A stretch of 62,333 bases of DNA from Bacteroidota bacterium (GTDB lineage: Bacteria; Bacteroidota; Ignavibacteria; UBA10030; UBA8401). The position numbers and the translations under genes were made by a program. Under the pieces are notes generated by a model, which did not search any database, was not told the origin of the DNA, and saw only the letters and a program-made list of their open reading frames with translations. Positions 8,033-16,759 of this stretch are shown here, one piece after another (position 1 is the first letter of the stretch; each line of letters opens with the position of its first letter). Where the stretch lies: positions 1 through 62,333 of the forward strand of contig DATGXR010000472.1 of the NCBI GenBank assembly GCA_035298825.1. Reading direction: 5' to 3'.

Positions 8033-10153
8033 ATGACGAGGGGAATCTACCGATCCACATCTGCAGTGTTTCGATGTGCCGCCATCTGCGCAGTGACGGC
8101 ACTGCTCTCCACAGCCGATGCGCGCGCGTCCATGGCGTCAGACAGGGTCCCGGCAGAAATGCTGAGATACAAGCTCACATGCCTGCTTGAGGAAGACCAT
8201 GCGCGCATCCGATGCAGCGCAGCGATCTGGATACGCGTACTTCGCGACTCGCTTGCTTCCGTGACGTTTCGCATCCCTTCGGCATCGAAGATCATTTCTG
8301 TCACCGACGAAAACGATCGGACGATCGGGTTCCTCATCAATCCCTCGGTCAACAATCCCGAGATGTCCCTGCTCGAATGTCCGCTGCCGGATACGGTCGC
8401 GGTCAACGACTCGCTCTTGTTCCGCATCCGCTACAGCGTCGTCGAAGATACCGCCTCGACCGGCGCGCGCTTCATCAACGCCCGCGAATTTCTTCTGCAG
8501 TCGGACCGCAGCGGCACGTACGTTCCGATTCTGATTCCTTCAGTGCACGATCCGATGCGTTCGCATCCCGCGCTTGAGATCGAACTCCATGCATCGCCAT
8601 CCTATGCAATCATCTCGGGAGGATCAGTCGACTCTGTCGGTGTCCAGGAGAACCGGACCGTCTGGCGCATCGTGCGCACCGATGTCGTGCATGAGTGGGA
8701 CGAGGCGTTCTGCATCGCCGGCTCGACCGACACGCGCACAGTGGTCGCTCCGGGAAGACCAGGCATGTGCGGCGTGACGCTCTTTGCGCCATTGAACGGA
8801 TTCGATTCATCGTTCGCCCGATCGATCGTGCACAAACTCTTCGAGGCCTCGGCTTATTTCGCATCGCAGCGCTGCATCCCGCGATTCGATCGGATGACAT
8901 TCGCCTCGATCGGCCGCGCTTCGATCGATTCGGAGCCGATCGTGTCGGGCAGCCTTGTGCTTGTGCGCACGGGGCCGGAGCATGCGCAGTTCGATTCGTC
9001 CGCCTTCATTTTCAGCGCGCACAATGTCTGGCTCCTCGAAACCTCTCGCGCGTATGCTTTCCGCGTGCCGGATTCATCCTATTGGTTCGATGAAAGCTGG
9101 GCCGGATATCTGGCCACGCGATTTCTCTTCAGCGCACCGGGATCCGATCCCGCACGCCAGATACGCGAGCGGTCGCATCTCCTTTCACACGCGCTCGATT
9201 TTTATCCGGAACAGCCGCTTGCAGACGGCGCTACCGGCGAACGGGGACGAAAGGATGTCTTCACGTATAAGGGACGGTACGTCTTTTTAATGCTCGACTA
9301 TATTCTCGGACGTGAGAGTTTCGATGCGGTCATCCGTTCGCTCTACGGCGAAGCGGCGGCCGGGCAGCCTCCGACGATCTCGCATCTGCAGGCGCTCTGC
9401 GAACAGATTTACGGATCGCCACTCGATTGGTTTTTCGAGGAGTGGCTCTATAAGACCGGTTTCCCTGAATACGTGCTCACGAGCACGACAACGCCGACAC
9501 TGCGCGGATCATTCGAGGTGACTGTCACTGTCACGCAGCGCGGAGAGATGTTCGTGATGCCGATCAACGTGTATTTTGAAACAGCGGCCAAATCGTTCCT
9601 GAAACGGATATTCGTTTCGCAGCCCGAACAGCGCTTCACGTTCACGCTGCCTTCGGCTCCGCTGCGTGTCGAGTGGAATCCGCAGTACCTCGTCCTGCGC
9701 TGGATCCCGACATTCCGCATTCTTGCCCATGCCCGGACATCCATCAGCTACCGGGTGTACAGCCGCGATCTCCCTTCATCCGAAAAGGAAGCGCACCTGA
9801 CACTGCAGCTCGATCCGGCCAATTCGATCGGCGCCAATGCGATTGCGCTCTTTTCGCTCGGCAAAGCCGCTGGCGCCCGACACGAGTGGAGCAGGGCCGA
9901 CTCGCTTTTTCTTGAGGCCTCGCATCAGCATGCCGGAGGCGAATATGCGTTTTATCCGCTCTTAAGCGCGGTGCGTCGGGCAAACATTCTTGACCTCACC
10001 GGAAGGCGGGAGGAGGCGCAGGAGCTCTATTCGAAAACACTCGAGACGGCCGGGCGCGATCCGCTGACATACGGGCGCGTGATCGTCGAGGCGCGCCGAT
10101 ACCTCTCGCAGCCGTTCGTCCAGACGGACGATGTCTGGTTCGACAAATATTGA
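8033..10153 (+). CDS. Secreted M1-peptidase-like protein lacking the HEXXH zinc motif, with a TPR-like C-terminus
   Basis: Signal-peptide-like N-terminus. By-eye M1 aminopeptidase-N similarity: WFDESWAGYLATRF resembles WLNEGFATY, YKGRYVFLMLDYILGRESF resembles Y.KGA.VLHML...LG...F, and PLDWFFEEWLYKTGFPEY. No HEXXH anywhere in the ORF. GTG at 8030 or ATG at 8033. Confidence 0.6.
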   Translation: MTRGIYRSTSAVFRCAAICAVTALLSTADARASMASDRVPAEMLRYKLTCLLEEDHARIRCSAAIWIRVLRDSLASVTFRIPSASKIISVTDENDRTIGFLINPSVNNPEMSLLECPLPDTVAVNDSLLFRIRYSVVEDTASTGARFINAREFLLQSDRSGTYVPILIPSVHDPMRSHPALEIELHASPSYAIISGGSVDSVGVQENRTVWRIVRTDVVHEWDEAFCIAGSTDTRTVVAPGRPGMCGVTLFAPLNGFDSSFARSIVHKLFEASAYFASQRCIPRFDRMTFASIGRASIDSEPIVSGSLVLVRTGPEHAQFDSSAFIFSAHNVWLLETSRAYAFRVPDSSYWFDESWAGYLATRFLFSAPGSDPARQIRERSHLLSHALDFYPEQPLADGATGERGRKDVFTYKGRYVFLMLDYILGRESFDAVIRSLYGEAAAGQPPTISHLQALCEQIYGSPLDWFFEEWLYKTGFPEYVLTSTTTPTLRGSFEVTVTVTQRGEMFVMPINVYFETAAKSFLKRIFVSQPEQRFTFTLPSAPLRVEWNPQYLVLRWIPTFRILAHARTSISYRVYSRDLPSSEKEAHLTLQLDPANSIGANAIALFSLGKAAGARHEWSRADSLFLEASHQHAGGEYAFYPLLSAVRRANILDLTGRREEAQELYSKTLETAGRDPLTYGRVIVEARRYLSQPFVQTDDVWFDKY

Positions 10154-10286
10154 GGGGAACTTATTTGCTCAATTGTTTTTTTTGTACAGTAGGGGAGGCG
10201 GTATGAGCGACGATTGAATGTTCGAACCTCTTTACTCTCACTCTGGCGACTCCAATTTTTTTTACAATGCAGAAGGAGGTACTCTT

Positions 10287-11096
10287 ATGAGCTCTAAAAC
10301 GTTACTCGCAACGCTGCTCTTTTCACTTTCCATTTATTCGTGCAGCTCGGTCCCGGTCACCGGCCGCAAGCAGTTCAATATTATTCCCGATGAACAGATG
10401 CTGTCGATGAGCTTTCAACAATACGATGAGTTTCTCAAGACCAATAAGCTCAGCACAAATCAGGATCAGGTGGCCCTTGTCAAACGCGTCGGCGGACGCA
10501 TCCAGCAAGCGGTGGAGCGCTACATGGCCGAAAAAAATATGAGCGATAAGATTAAGGATTACAAATGGGAATTCAACGTCGTCGAAAGTAAGGAAGTCAA
10601 CGCCTGGTGCATGCCCGGAGGCAAGGTCGTTGTCTATACGGGGATCCTGCCTGTGACACAGGATGAAACGGGTCTGGCCGTGGTGCTCGGTCATGAGATC
10701 GCGCATGCGGTTGCCGAGCACGGAGGCGAACGCATGAGCCAGGGACTTGTGGCGCAATTCGGAGGGATGGCGCTTGAAACAGCGCTGAAGGACAAAACGG
10801 ATGCGACGAAAAATCTCTGGATGACGGTCTATGGCGTGGGCGCGCAGTACGGCGCGTTGCTGCCCTACAGCAGGATTCAGGAAAGCGAAGCCGACCATAT
10901 GGGCGTCATCTTCATGGCCATGGCGGGCTACGATCCGAACAAAGCGGTTGAGTTCTGGGATCGCATGTCGAAGCAGGCGGGAGGGCAGAAGCCGCCCGAA
11001 TTCATGAGCACGCATCCGGCCGATGAAACCCGCATCGAGAATCTTAAGAAGTGGGCCCCTGAAGCGATGGCATATTACAAGACGGCAAAGCGATAA
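10287..11096 (+). CDS. M48-family zinc metallopeptidase, lipoprotein
   Basis: HEXXH as HEIAHAVAEH plus downstream ESEADHMG. Lipobox SIYSC after a hydrophobic signal. Strong SD (GAAGGAGG) 7 nt before the ATG at 10287; the track ORF starts earlier at 10218. Confidence 0.8.
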   Translation: MSSKTLLATLLFSLSIYSCSSVPVTGRKQFNIIPDEQMLSMSFQQYDEFLKTNKLSTNQDQVALVKRVGGRIQQAVERYMAEKNMSDKIKDYKWEFNVVESKEVNAWCMPGGKVVVYTGILPVTQDETGLAVVLGHEIAHAVAEHGGERMSQGLVAQFGGMALETALKDKTDATKNLWMTVYGVGAQYGALLPYSRIQESEADHMGVIFMAMAGYDPNKAVEFWDRMSKQAGGQKPPEFMSTHPADETRIENLKKWAPEAMAYYKTAKR

Positions 11097-11098
11097 CC

Positions 11099-11156
11099 AG
11101 ATCCACAGCGCGCATGTCGTGTGCATGCGCGCGCAACGCAACGTTGTCGTGGATCT
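11099..11156. terminator. GC-rich nested stem-loop between convergent genes (M48 peptidase / RidA), no clear U-tract
   Basis: Outer stem AGATCCAC (11099-11106) pairs with GTGGATCT (11149-11156). Inner stem GCGCGCATG (11108-11116) pairs with CATGCGCGC (11124-11132), 7-nt loop. Confidence 0.35.
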
Positions 11157-11231
11157 TCCGACGCTCACGATGAGATGAGATGCGCACTCATCGAGTGGCG
11201 GAATATCCGCGACAGCGTTTTTTTATGTCCG

Positions 11232-11678
11232 TTATTTCACGGCGATCGCAGAGATCTCGATGCGTCCGTTTTTCGGAAGATTCGCGACTTCAAGCGCGAC
11301 GCGGGCTGGATATTTTCCCGCCCTGAAGTACGATGCATAGAGATCGTTCATCTTCTTGAACTCACGGATGTCCTTCAGATACACGGTGCACTGCACGACA
11401 TCATCGAGCGTATAGCCCGAATTCGCCAACACCGACTGCAGATTCGCAAAGACCTGCTTCGTCTGCGACTCGATGTCCTCTCCCACAAGCTCCAGCGTCT
11501 GGAGATCCAATCCAAGCTGTCCCGAAACATAGAGCGTCGTGCCGGCGCGGACAGAGGGACTGTACGGGGCGATTGTTTTTACATCCGCATTGAACACAGG
11601 TGCGGATGAGCCTGCGCATCCGGCGGCGATGCCTGCGGCAGCGGCCAGAAGGATCATCGTAACGGCGGGTTTCATCAT
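11232..11678 (-). CDS. RidA/YjgF/L-PSP family protein with lipoprotein signal peptide
   Basis: 148 aa. MMKPAVTMILLAAAAGIAAGC (lipobox AAGC) followed by a RidA fold (LYVSGQLGLD, VQCTVYLKDI, YPARVALEVANLP with the conserved Arg). Confidence 0.8.
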   Translation of the reverse strand: MMKPAVTMILLAAAAGIAAGCAGSSAPVFNADVKTIAPYSPSVRAGTTLYVSGQLGLDLQTLELVGEDIESQTKQVFANLQSVLANSGYTLDDVVQCTVYLKDIREFKKMNDLYASYFRAGKYPARVALEVANLPKNGRIEISAIAVK

Positions 11679-11708
11679 GGCGTGTCTGGTCCGGAAAAAG
11701 TGGGGCCG

Positions 11709-11747
11709 AAAAAAACAAACCCCGCCACAACAAAATGTGTGGCGGGG
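11709..11747 (-). terminator. Rho-independent terminator of the cold-shock gene
   Basis: On the minus strand: 10-bp perfect stem CCCCGCCACA/TGTGGCGGGG (11720-11729 / 11738-11747), 8-nt loop, followed by TTTGTTTTTTT (plus-strand A-run 11709-11719). Begins 26 nt after the csp stop. Confidence 0.8.
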
Positions 11748-11772
11748 TTTGGAATGGAAGGTCTGGAGTTAC

Positions 11773-11976
11773 TTAATCGGCTTTGGTAACACTCGCTGCT
11801 TGTAAGCCTTTCGGTCCTTTTTCTACGTCGAATTGGACCTTATCCCCTTCGTTCAATGTTTTGTAACCGTCGCCAAGAATCGCTTTGTAGTGTACGAAGA
11901 CATCCTCGCCGGATTCGCGTTGGATGAATCCGAAACCTTTGGCGCTGTTGAACCACTTGACAGTTCCTTTTTCCAT
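11773..11976 (-). CDS. Cold-shock protein (CspA family, CSD)
   Basis: 67 aa from the internal ATG ([22 protein letters not shown]1 KGFGFI, RNP2 VFVHY). SD AAAGGA upstream. The longer track ORF is an N-terminal over-extension. Confidence 0.92.
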   Translation of the reverse strand: MEKGTVKWFNSAKGFGFIQRESGEDVFVHYKAILGDGYKTLNEGDKVQFDVEKGPKGLQAASVTKAD

Positions 11977-12401
11977 GGAACGATCCTTTCTTTGTAGATT
12001 GTCCAAAATACCCAGGGTCCGCCCTTGGGGCAGCCGTTTTTCTGGGTGTACGACCGGAATTGTTGCTTCGATAACGCGAAACCGCACGCGAGATCAACTC
12101 TGGGCGATTTGTTGTTTGCCGTCTTCCCCGCCGTTTTGGGCCGGCGTGAAGACTAGGTCTCTTTTGAAGATCCCCCCAGCAAAACAATCTCGAGACAGAT
12201 CGAGAGGCATTACAAGCGCAAAAACGGTGTACTGTTGTTTGCTCCAGAAAAATAAATGGTTATTTTCTTAAACGCAAGGATTTTTTTAAAAAAATATGCG
12301 AATTCAGAGCAGATACTCCGAAAAATAAACTTTTCCAGTTGGGAGTTTTATCGAAAAATCGGGAACTATTTCTTTGTATGTGCTGACATGGGTCGACGTT
12401 G

Positions 12402-12830
<429 letters not shown>

Positions 12831-12962
12831 TCATGCTGGTTGCTTTTTCACGCGTCATCCGCTATTTTATTGTACTGATGGACACCGGCGCGCATCCCCG
12901 GTCGGCCGGGACAACCGCGGCGGACCTGTGATGCGATCATGAGTAACGATGAAGGGTTTTAG

Positions 12963-14492
12963 ATGGTACTGCACCATGAATTTATCCGCGTTGCAAAACT
13001 GCGCAGCTCGGAAACGGCAATTATCGATAAGAATACCAATCGCACCATTTCCTATTCGAAGGCATTGATCGCATCGTTGATCCTTGCCGAGAAGTTTACG
13101 AAGTTCGATAAGGGATTCATCGGCGTGATGATCCCGACCTCTGCCGGATGTTCGCTTGCAATGCTCGGCGTACTCATGAGCGGCCGCGTGCCCGTGATGA
13201 TCAACTATTCGACTGGAGCCGCGCAGAATATCGAGTACGCGCAGAAGAAGTGCGGATTTACGACCGTGATCGCGTCACGGGCGCTCGTTGAAAAGATCAA
13301 TTGCCGCATCACACCCGGCATGGTCTTCATCGAGGATGTGATGGCATCGATCACCGCGGCCGACAAGCTTTCAGCCGCGTTGAAGTCGAAGCTTCCATAT
13401 TCGCTTCTGCTGCGCGCGGTGCACGGGGGCGACGCGCACGATACAAGCGTGATCCTGTTTACAAGCGGCAGCGAGAAGGAGCCGCGCGCCGTCGAACTCT
13501 CGCACCATAATATCGCCTCGAACATCGAAGGCATCAGAAAGATGTTCAACTTCACTGTCGACGACGTGATGCTGGCGAATCTTCCGTACTTCCATGTGTT
13601 CGGGCTCACGGTCAATCACTGGATTCCGCTCCTGATGGGAATGAAGGTCGTGCCCTATGCCAATCCGCTTGAGTTCAGAAAAATTTGCGACATCATCCGC
13701 GACGAGAAGGTGACGTTCGTTGTGGGCACGCCGAGTTTTCTCTGGGGATATCTGAAGAAATCCGATCCCGGCGATTTCGCCTCAGTGCGCGTCACGCTCT
13801 CGGGCGCTGACAAATGTCCCGATGTGCTGCGCAAGGGATTCAAAGACAAACATCAGGTGACGCTGCTCGAGGGATACGGCGCCACCGAAACAAGTCCCGT
13901 CATTACGTCGAACACGCACGAGCGCAACCGGCCGGGTTCCGTCGGCTGGGTCTGTCCGGGTGTCAAGGTCAGGATCGAACGCTACGAAACAGGCGAAGAG
14001 TGCAAACCGGGCGAGACCGGGAAGATCCTCGTCAAAGGCGACAACGTGATGAAAGGATACTTCGACGATTTCGAGGAGACCTCCTATCACATCCGTCATG
14101 GATGGTACGACACGGGCGATATGGGAGTGATGGACAAAGACGGCTTCCTGTGGCATGTCGGCCGGCTCAAGCGCTTCATCAAAGTGGGCGGCGAAATGAT
14201 TTCGCTCGTGCGCGTGGAGGAAGTGCTCGAGCGCCAGCTTCCCGACGACGTCGCATGCTGCATCGTCGAGCTGCCCGATGCCTTGAAGGGAGCGAAGATC
14301 GTCGCGGCAGTGACGAAGAAAGTGGATGAAAAATCAATCCTCAAAAAAATGAGCGAAGAACTTCCGAACATCGCGCTGCCAAAGATGTTCGTCGTGATCG
14401 AAGAATTTCCAAAGATGGGAAGCGGCAAGATCGATTTCCGGTCCGTGACGGCCCTGGTCAGAACAATGGCGCAGAAGGCCGCAGCGGAATGA
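12963..14492 (+). CDS. AMP-dependent acyl-CoA/acyl-ACP synthetase (Aas C-terminal-domain-like)
   Basis: 509 aa. ANL superfamily motifs ILFTSGSEKEPRAV, GYGATETSP, YDTGDMG, GRLKRFIKVGGEMISL, SGKID. Confidence 0.8.
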   Translation: MVLHHEFIRVAKLRSSETAIIDKNTNRTISYSKALIASLILAEKFTKFDKGFIGVMIPTSAGCSLAMLGVLMSGRVPVMINYSTGAAQNIEYAQKKCGFTTVIASRALVEKINCRITPGMVFIEDVMASITAADKLSAALKSKLPYSLLLRAVHGGDAHDTSVILFTSGSEKEPRAVELSHHNIASNIEGIRKMFNFTVDDVMLANLPYFHVFGLTVNHWIPLLMGMKVVPYANPLEFRKICDIIRDEKVTFVVGTPSFLWGYLKKSDPGDFASVRVTLSGADKCPDVLRKGFKDKHQVTLLEGYGATETSPVITSNTHERNRPGSVGWVCPGVKVRIERYETGEECKPGETGKILVKGDNVMKGYFDDFEETSYHIRHGWYDTGDMGVMDKDGFLWHVGRLKRFIKVGGEMISLVRVEEVLERQLPDDVACCIVELPDALKGAKIVAAVTKKVDEKSILKKMSEELPNIALPKMFVVIEEFPKMGSGKIDFRSVTALVRTMAQKAAAE

Positions 14493-14537
14493 TGCGATGG
14501 TTCACATAGTGAGAGAGAGAGGCGGAGTAAAAATCGA

Positions 14538-15932
14538 ATGGGCACAAAGGACGAAAAGAAAAAACTGATCGGCGAATATCTCAAGGCAGCCGATCGCTCA
14601 ATCCAGGCTGCGGAATATACGCAGGCGATGGTCGAAGTAAAGAAGGCGTTGGCGCTCGAACCGGGCAATATGTACGCCCTGGCCTACAGCCAGCGCATCA
14701 AATCGGCGCTTGATTCACAGAAAAAGAAAAACGAATCTTCCGCCTCCAAAGAAAAAGCGGAGGCGGAATCCAAAGCCTCCGCGGCGCCGCCTCCGGGTGC
14801 CGAGAAGTCGGCGTCCGCAGAGTCTTCCACAGACACGACATCGGGGCGGAAAGACACCGCAGCGAACGACGAAAGCCAACGCTCAACGATCAAACAGCAG
14901 CAGGCTCAGATCGAACGGTTCAAGGAAGAGATCGAAGCGCTCCGCCTCAAACATCAGCAGGAGATTGCGGTGCTTGCGCAGGAACTGCGCCAGGCGCGCG
15001 CCGATCATAAGGAAGCGCAGGATAAATATCGTGTCGTTGTCGACGATGCCGAAGAATCGTACAGACGGACGGAGGAATTATACGCCGAAGTGGTCCGTTT
15101 GACAGAACAGTCGCAAAAACTTCAGCAGGAGCATCAGGCGCAGACCGAGATGCAGGAACAGCACCAAAGCGAACTCCGTCAACGCGACGAGCAGCATCAA
15201 AGCAAGCTGCAGCAACTCGACGAGCGGCACCGAAACGAGCTGCAACAGCGCGACGAGCAGCACCGCACTGAGCTTCAGCAGCGCGACGATCGGCATCGAG
15301 GCGAACTCGAGCAGCGTGATGAAGAACATCGGCGCCGGCTTGAAGAGCAATCGCACGAGCACGACGAACACCACCAGCTTCAGATTCAGGAACAGGCCAA
15401 ACTCAACGAAGATCAACGTCAGCTCGAGATCCAGCAGCAGAAGCAGTTGCACCTGCAGGAACTGCAGCGCCTGCTGCATGAGATGCAGCAACGCCAGGAA
15501 CAAATGCAGCACGAATATGAAACGCAGCTCCAGGAAGAGCGCCGCCAGCTCGAGGAGCTGGAAGGGCAGCTCCGACAGGAGAAGCAGAAGCAGCGTCCCG
15601 ATCCGACACCGATCGACGGACCCACGCGCGAATCGGTGCTGAGCGCCGTTGTGAGTCATCTGCTGCTGGCAGACACGCTCTCGGCCGAGGCCAACGATGT
15701 GATGGAACTTGTGCGCGGGAAACTCGGATTCGGCGATGACGAGTTCGTGCAGCTGCAGACACAGGTCAAATTCGATCTCTATCACAACGCACTCGAAGAA
15801 GCCTGGAGCGACGGCTACATCACGCCTGAAAAAGCGGATGACCTTGCCGATCTCAGAAAAAAGATCGGCGTGTCGGCCGAGGATCATTTCGAACTTGAGG
15901 CGGAAGTGCGCAAGGCGAAAAAAAAGCGGTAA
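14538..15932 (+). CDS. Hypothetical protein: N-terminal TPR-like motif, long Q/E/R/H-rich helical repeat region, small C-terminal globular domain
   Basis: 464 aa, no signal peptide. YLKAADRSIQAAEYTQAMVEVKKALALEPGN is TPR-like. Six consecutive 11-residue repeats (consensus xELQQRDEQHR). C-terminal WSDGYITPEKADDLADLRKKIGVS. Coding-like codon usage; SD-like GGCGGAG upstream. Confidence 0.7.
   Translation: MGTKDEKKKLIGEYLKAADRSIQAAEYTQAMVEVKKALALEPGNMYALAYSQRIKSALDSQKKKNESSASKEKAEAESKASAAPPPGAEKSASAESSTDTTSGRKDTAANDESQRSTIKQQQAQIERFKEEIEALRLKHQQEIAVLAQELRQARADHKEAQDKYRVVVDDAEESYRRTEELYAEVVRLTEQSQKLQQEHQAQTEMQEQHQSELRQRDEQHQSKLQQLDERHRNELQQRDEQHRTELQQRDDRHRGELEQRDEEHRRRLEEQSHEHDEHHQLQIQEQAKLNEDQRQLEIQQQKQLHLQELQRLLHEMQQRQEQMQHEYETQLQEERRQLEELEGQLRQEKQKQRPDPTPIDGPTRESVLSAVVSHLLLADTLSAEANDVMELVRGKLGFGDDEFVQLQTQVKFDLYHNALEEAWSDGYITPEKADDLADLRKKIGVSAEDHFELEAEVRKAKKKR
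15165..15362 (+). repeat. Imperfect 33-bp tandem repeat (6 units) inside the CDS, encoding 11-residue repeats
   Basis: Translated units: QSELRQRDEQH / QSKLQQLDERH / RNELQQRDEQH / RTELQQRDDRH / RGELEQRDEEH / RRRLEEQSHEH. Confidence 0.75.
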
Positions 15933-16759
15933 GCGACAGCCAGCGTCCAGAGAAGATTGAATGCAACAAGCGAGACGATCAGATACGCATCCGGATTTCG
16001 TACAGCAAGACAGACAGTGAGCGTGACGAAATCGGTGCCCATTCCAAAAAGTCTGTTGAGACGAAGGCTTGTGTTGTCCTCATACCATTGCACAAGCGGT
16101 GGATTGCCCGCGCGTCGCCGGCAGCGGCGATCGATCGCGGCCGTCAATCTGTCCTGCCATCCATACATGACCTGAAATATTTTTTGCAGCACAAGCGTGA
16201 CACGATCCGATTCAACTGTATCCTCTGCGCGCACTTCCTCCGTGACGCGGTTTTGCATATACGATCCCTTCGCGTGGAGATATGATGTCTGATAAAAGAC
16301 CTGATAGGACACGCGCAGATTGACCGAGAGCCAGCCGAGCGTTGATGCGAGCGCTGCAAGAAGCAGGCCGTGTCCCTCGCGCACAAGCGTGCTGCCGAGT
16401 CCGATGAACAACGCCGTATTCACCGCGAAATCGCCGATTGAATCCCAGAATCTTCCGCGACGGCTCAGTCGGCCCGTGGCGCGCGCCAGTTGTCCGTCCG
16501 CCGAATCGAACACGTCCTTCAGCCAGGCGCATAAGGCCGCCGCAGCATACTCAGGCGTTGGAAGGGCAAGCAGCACGCCGAGCGCGATGCCGAAAACGGT
16601 CGAAACGAATGTGACCTGGTTGGGTGTTACTGTTGTGAAGGCGAGCGCGTATGTCAGACAGGCGGCCGCGGGACGCTGGAGGTACGTATTGACCAACTCG
16701 TCCGAAGCGGCCGATTTTACAGACAGGCGATACAGACGGAGAAACGAGTGTGTCGTCAT
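15884..16759 (-). CDS. CDP-alcohol phosphatidyltransferase family membrane protein
   Basis: Complete signature D-x2-DG-x2-AR-x8-G-x3-D-x3-D (DSADGQLARATGRLSRRGRFWDSIGD). Multi-TM. Start ATG overlaps the upstream gene's stop (ATGA). Confidence 0.85.
   Translation of the reverse strand: MTTHSFLRLYRLSVKSAASDELVNTYLQRPAAACLTYALAFTTVTPNQVTFVSTVFGIALGVLLALPTPEYAAAALCAWLKDVFDSADGQLARATGRLSRRGRFWDSIGDFAVNTALFIGLGSTLVREGHGLLLAALASTLGWLSVNLRVSYQVFYQTSYLHAKGSYMQNRVTEEVRAEDTVESDRVTLVLQKIFQVMYGWQDRLTAAIDRRCRRRAGNPPLVQWYEDNTSLRLNRLFGMGTDFVTLTVCLAVRNPDAYLIVSLVAFNLLWTLAVAYRFFFALRTSASSSK

Noticed and set aside
14191-14205. GCGAAAT-G-ATTTCGC palindrome resembling the REP core, inside the acyl-ligase CDS.
   Set aside because: It lies in-frame in a conserved coding motif (GGEMISL), has no GTAG head and only a 1-nt loop. 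Most likely coincidence.
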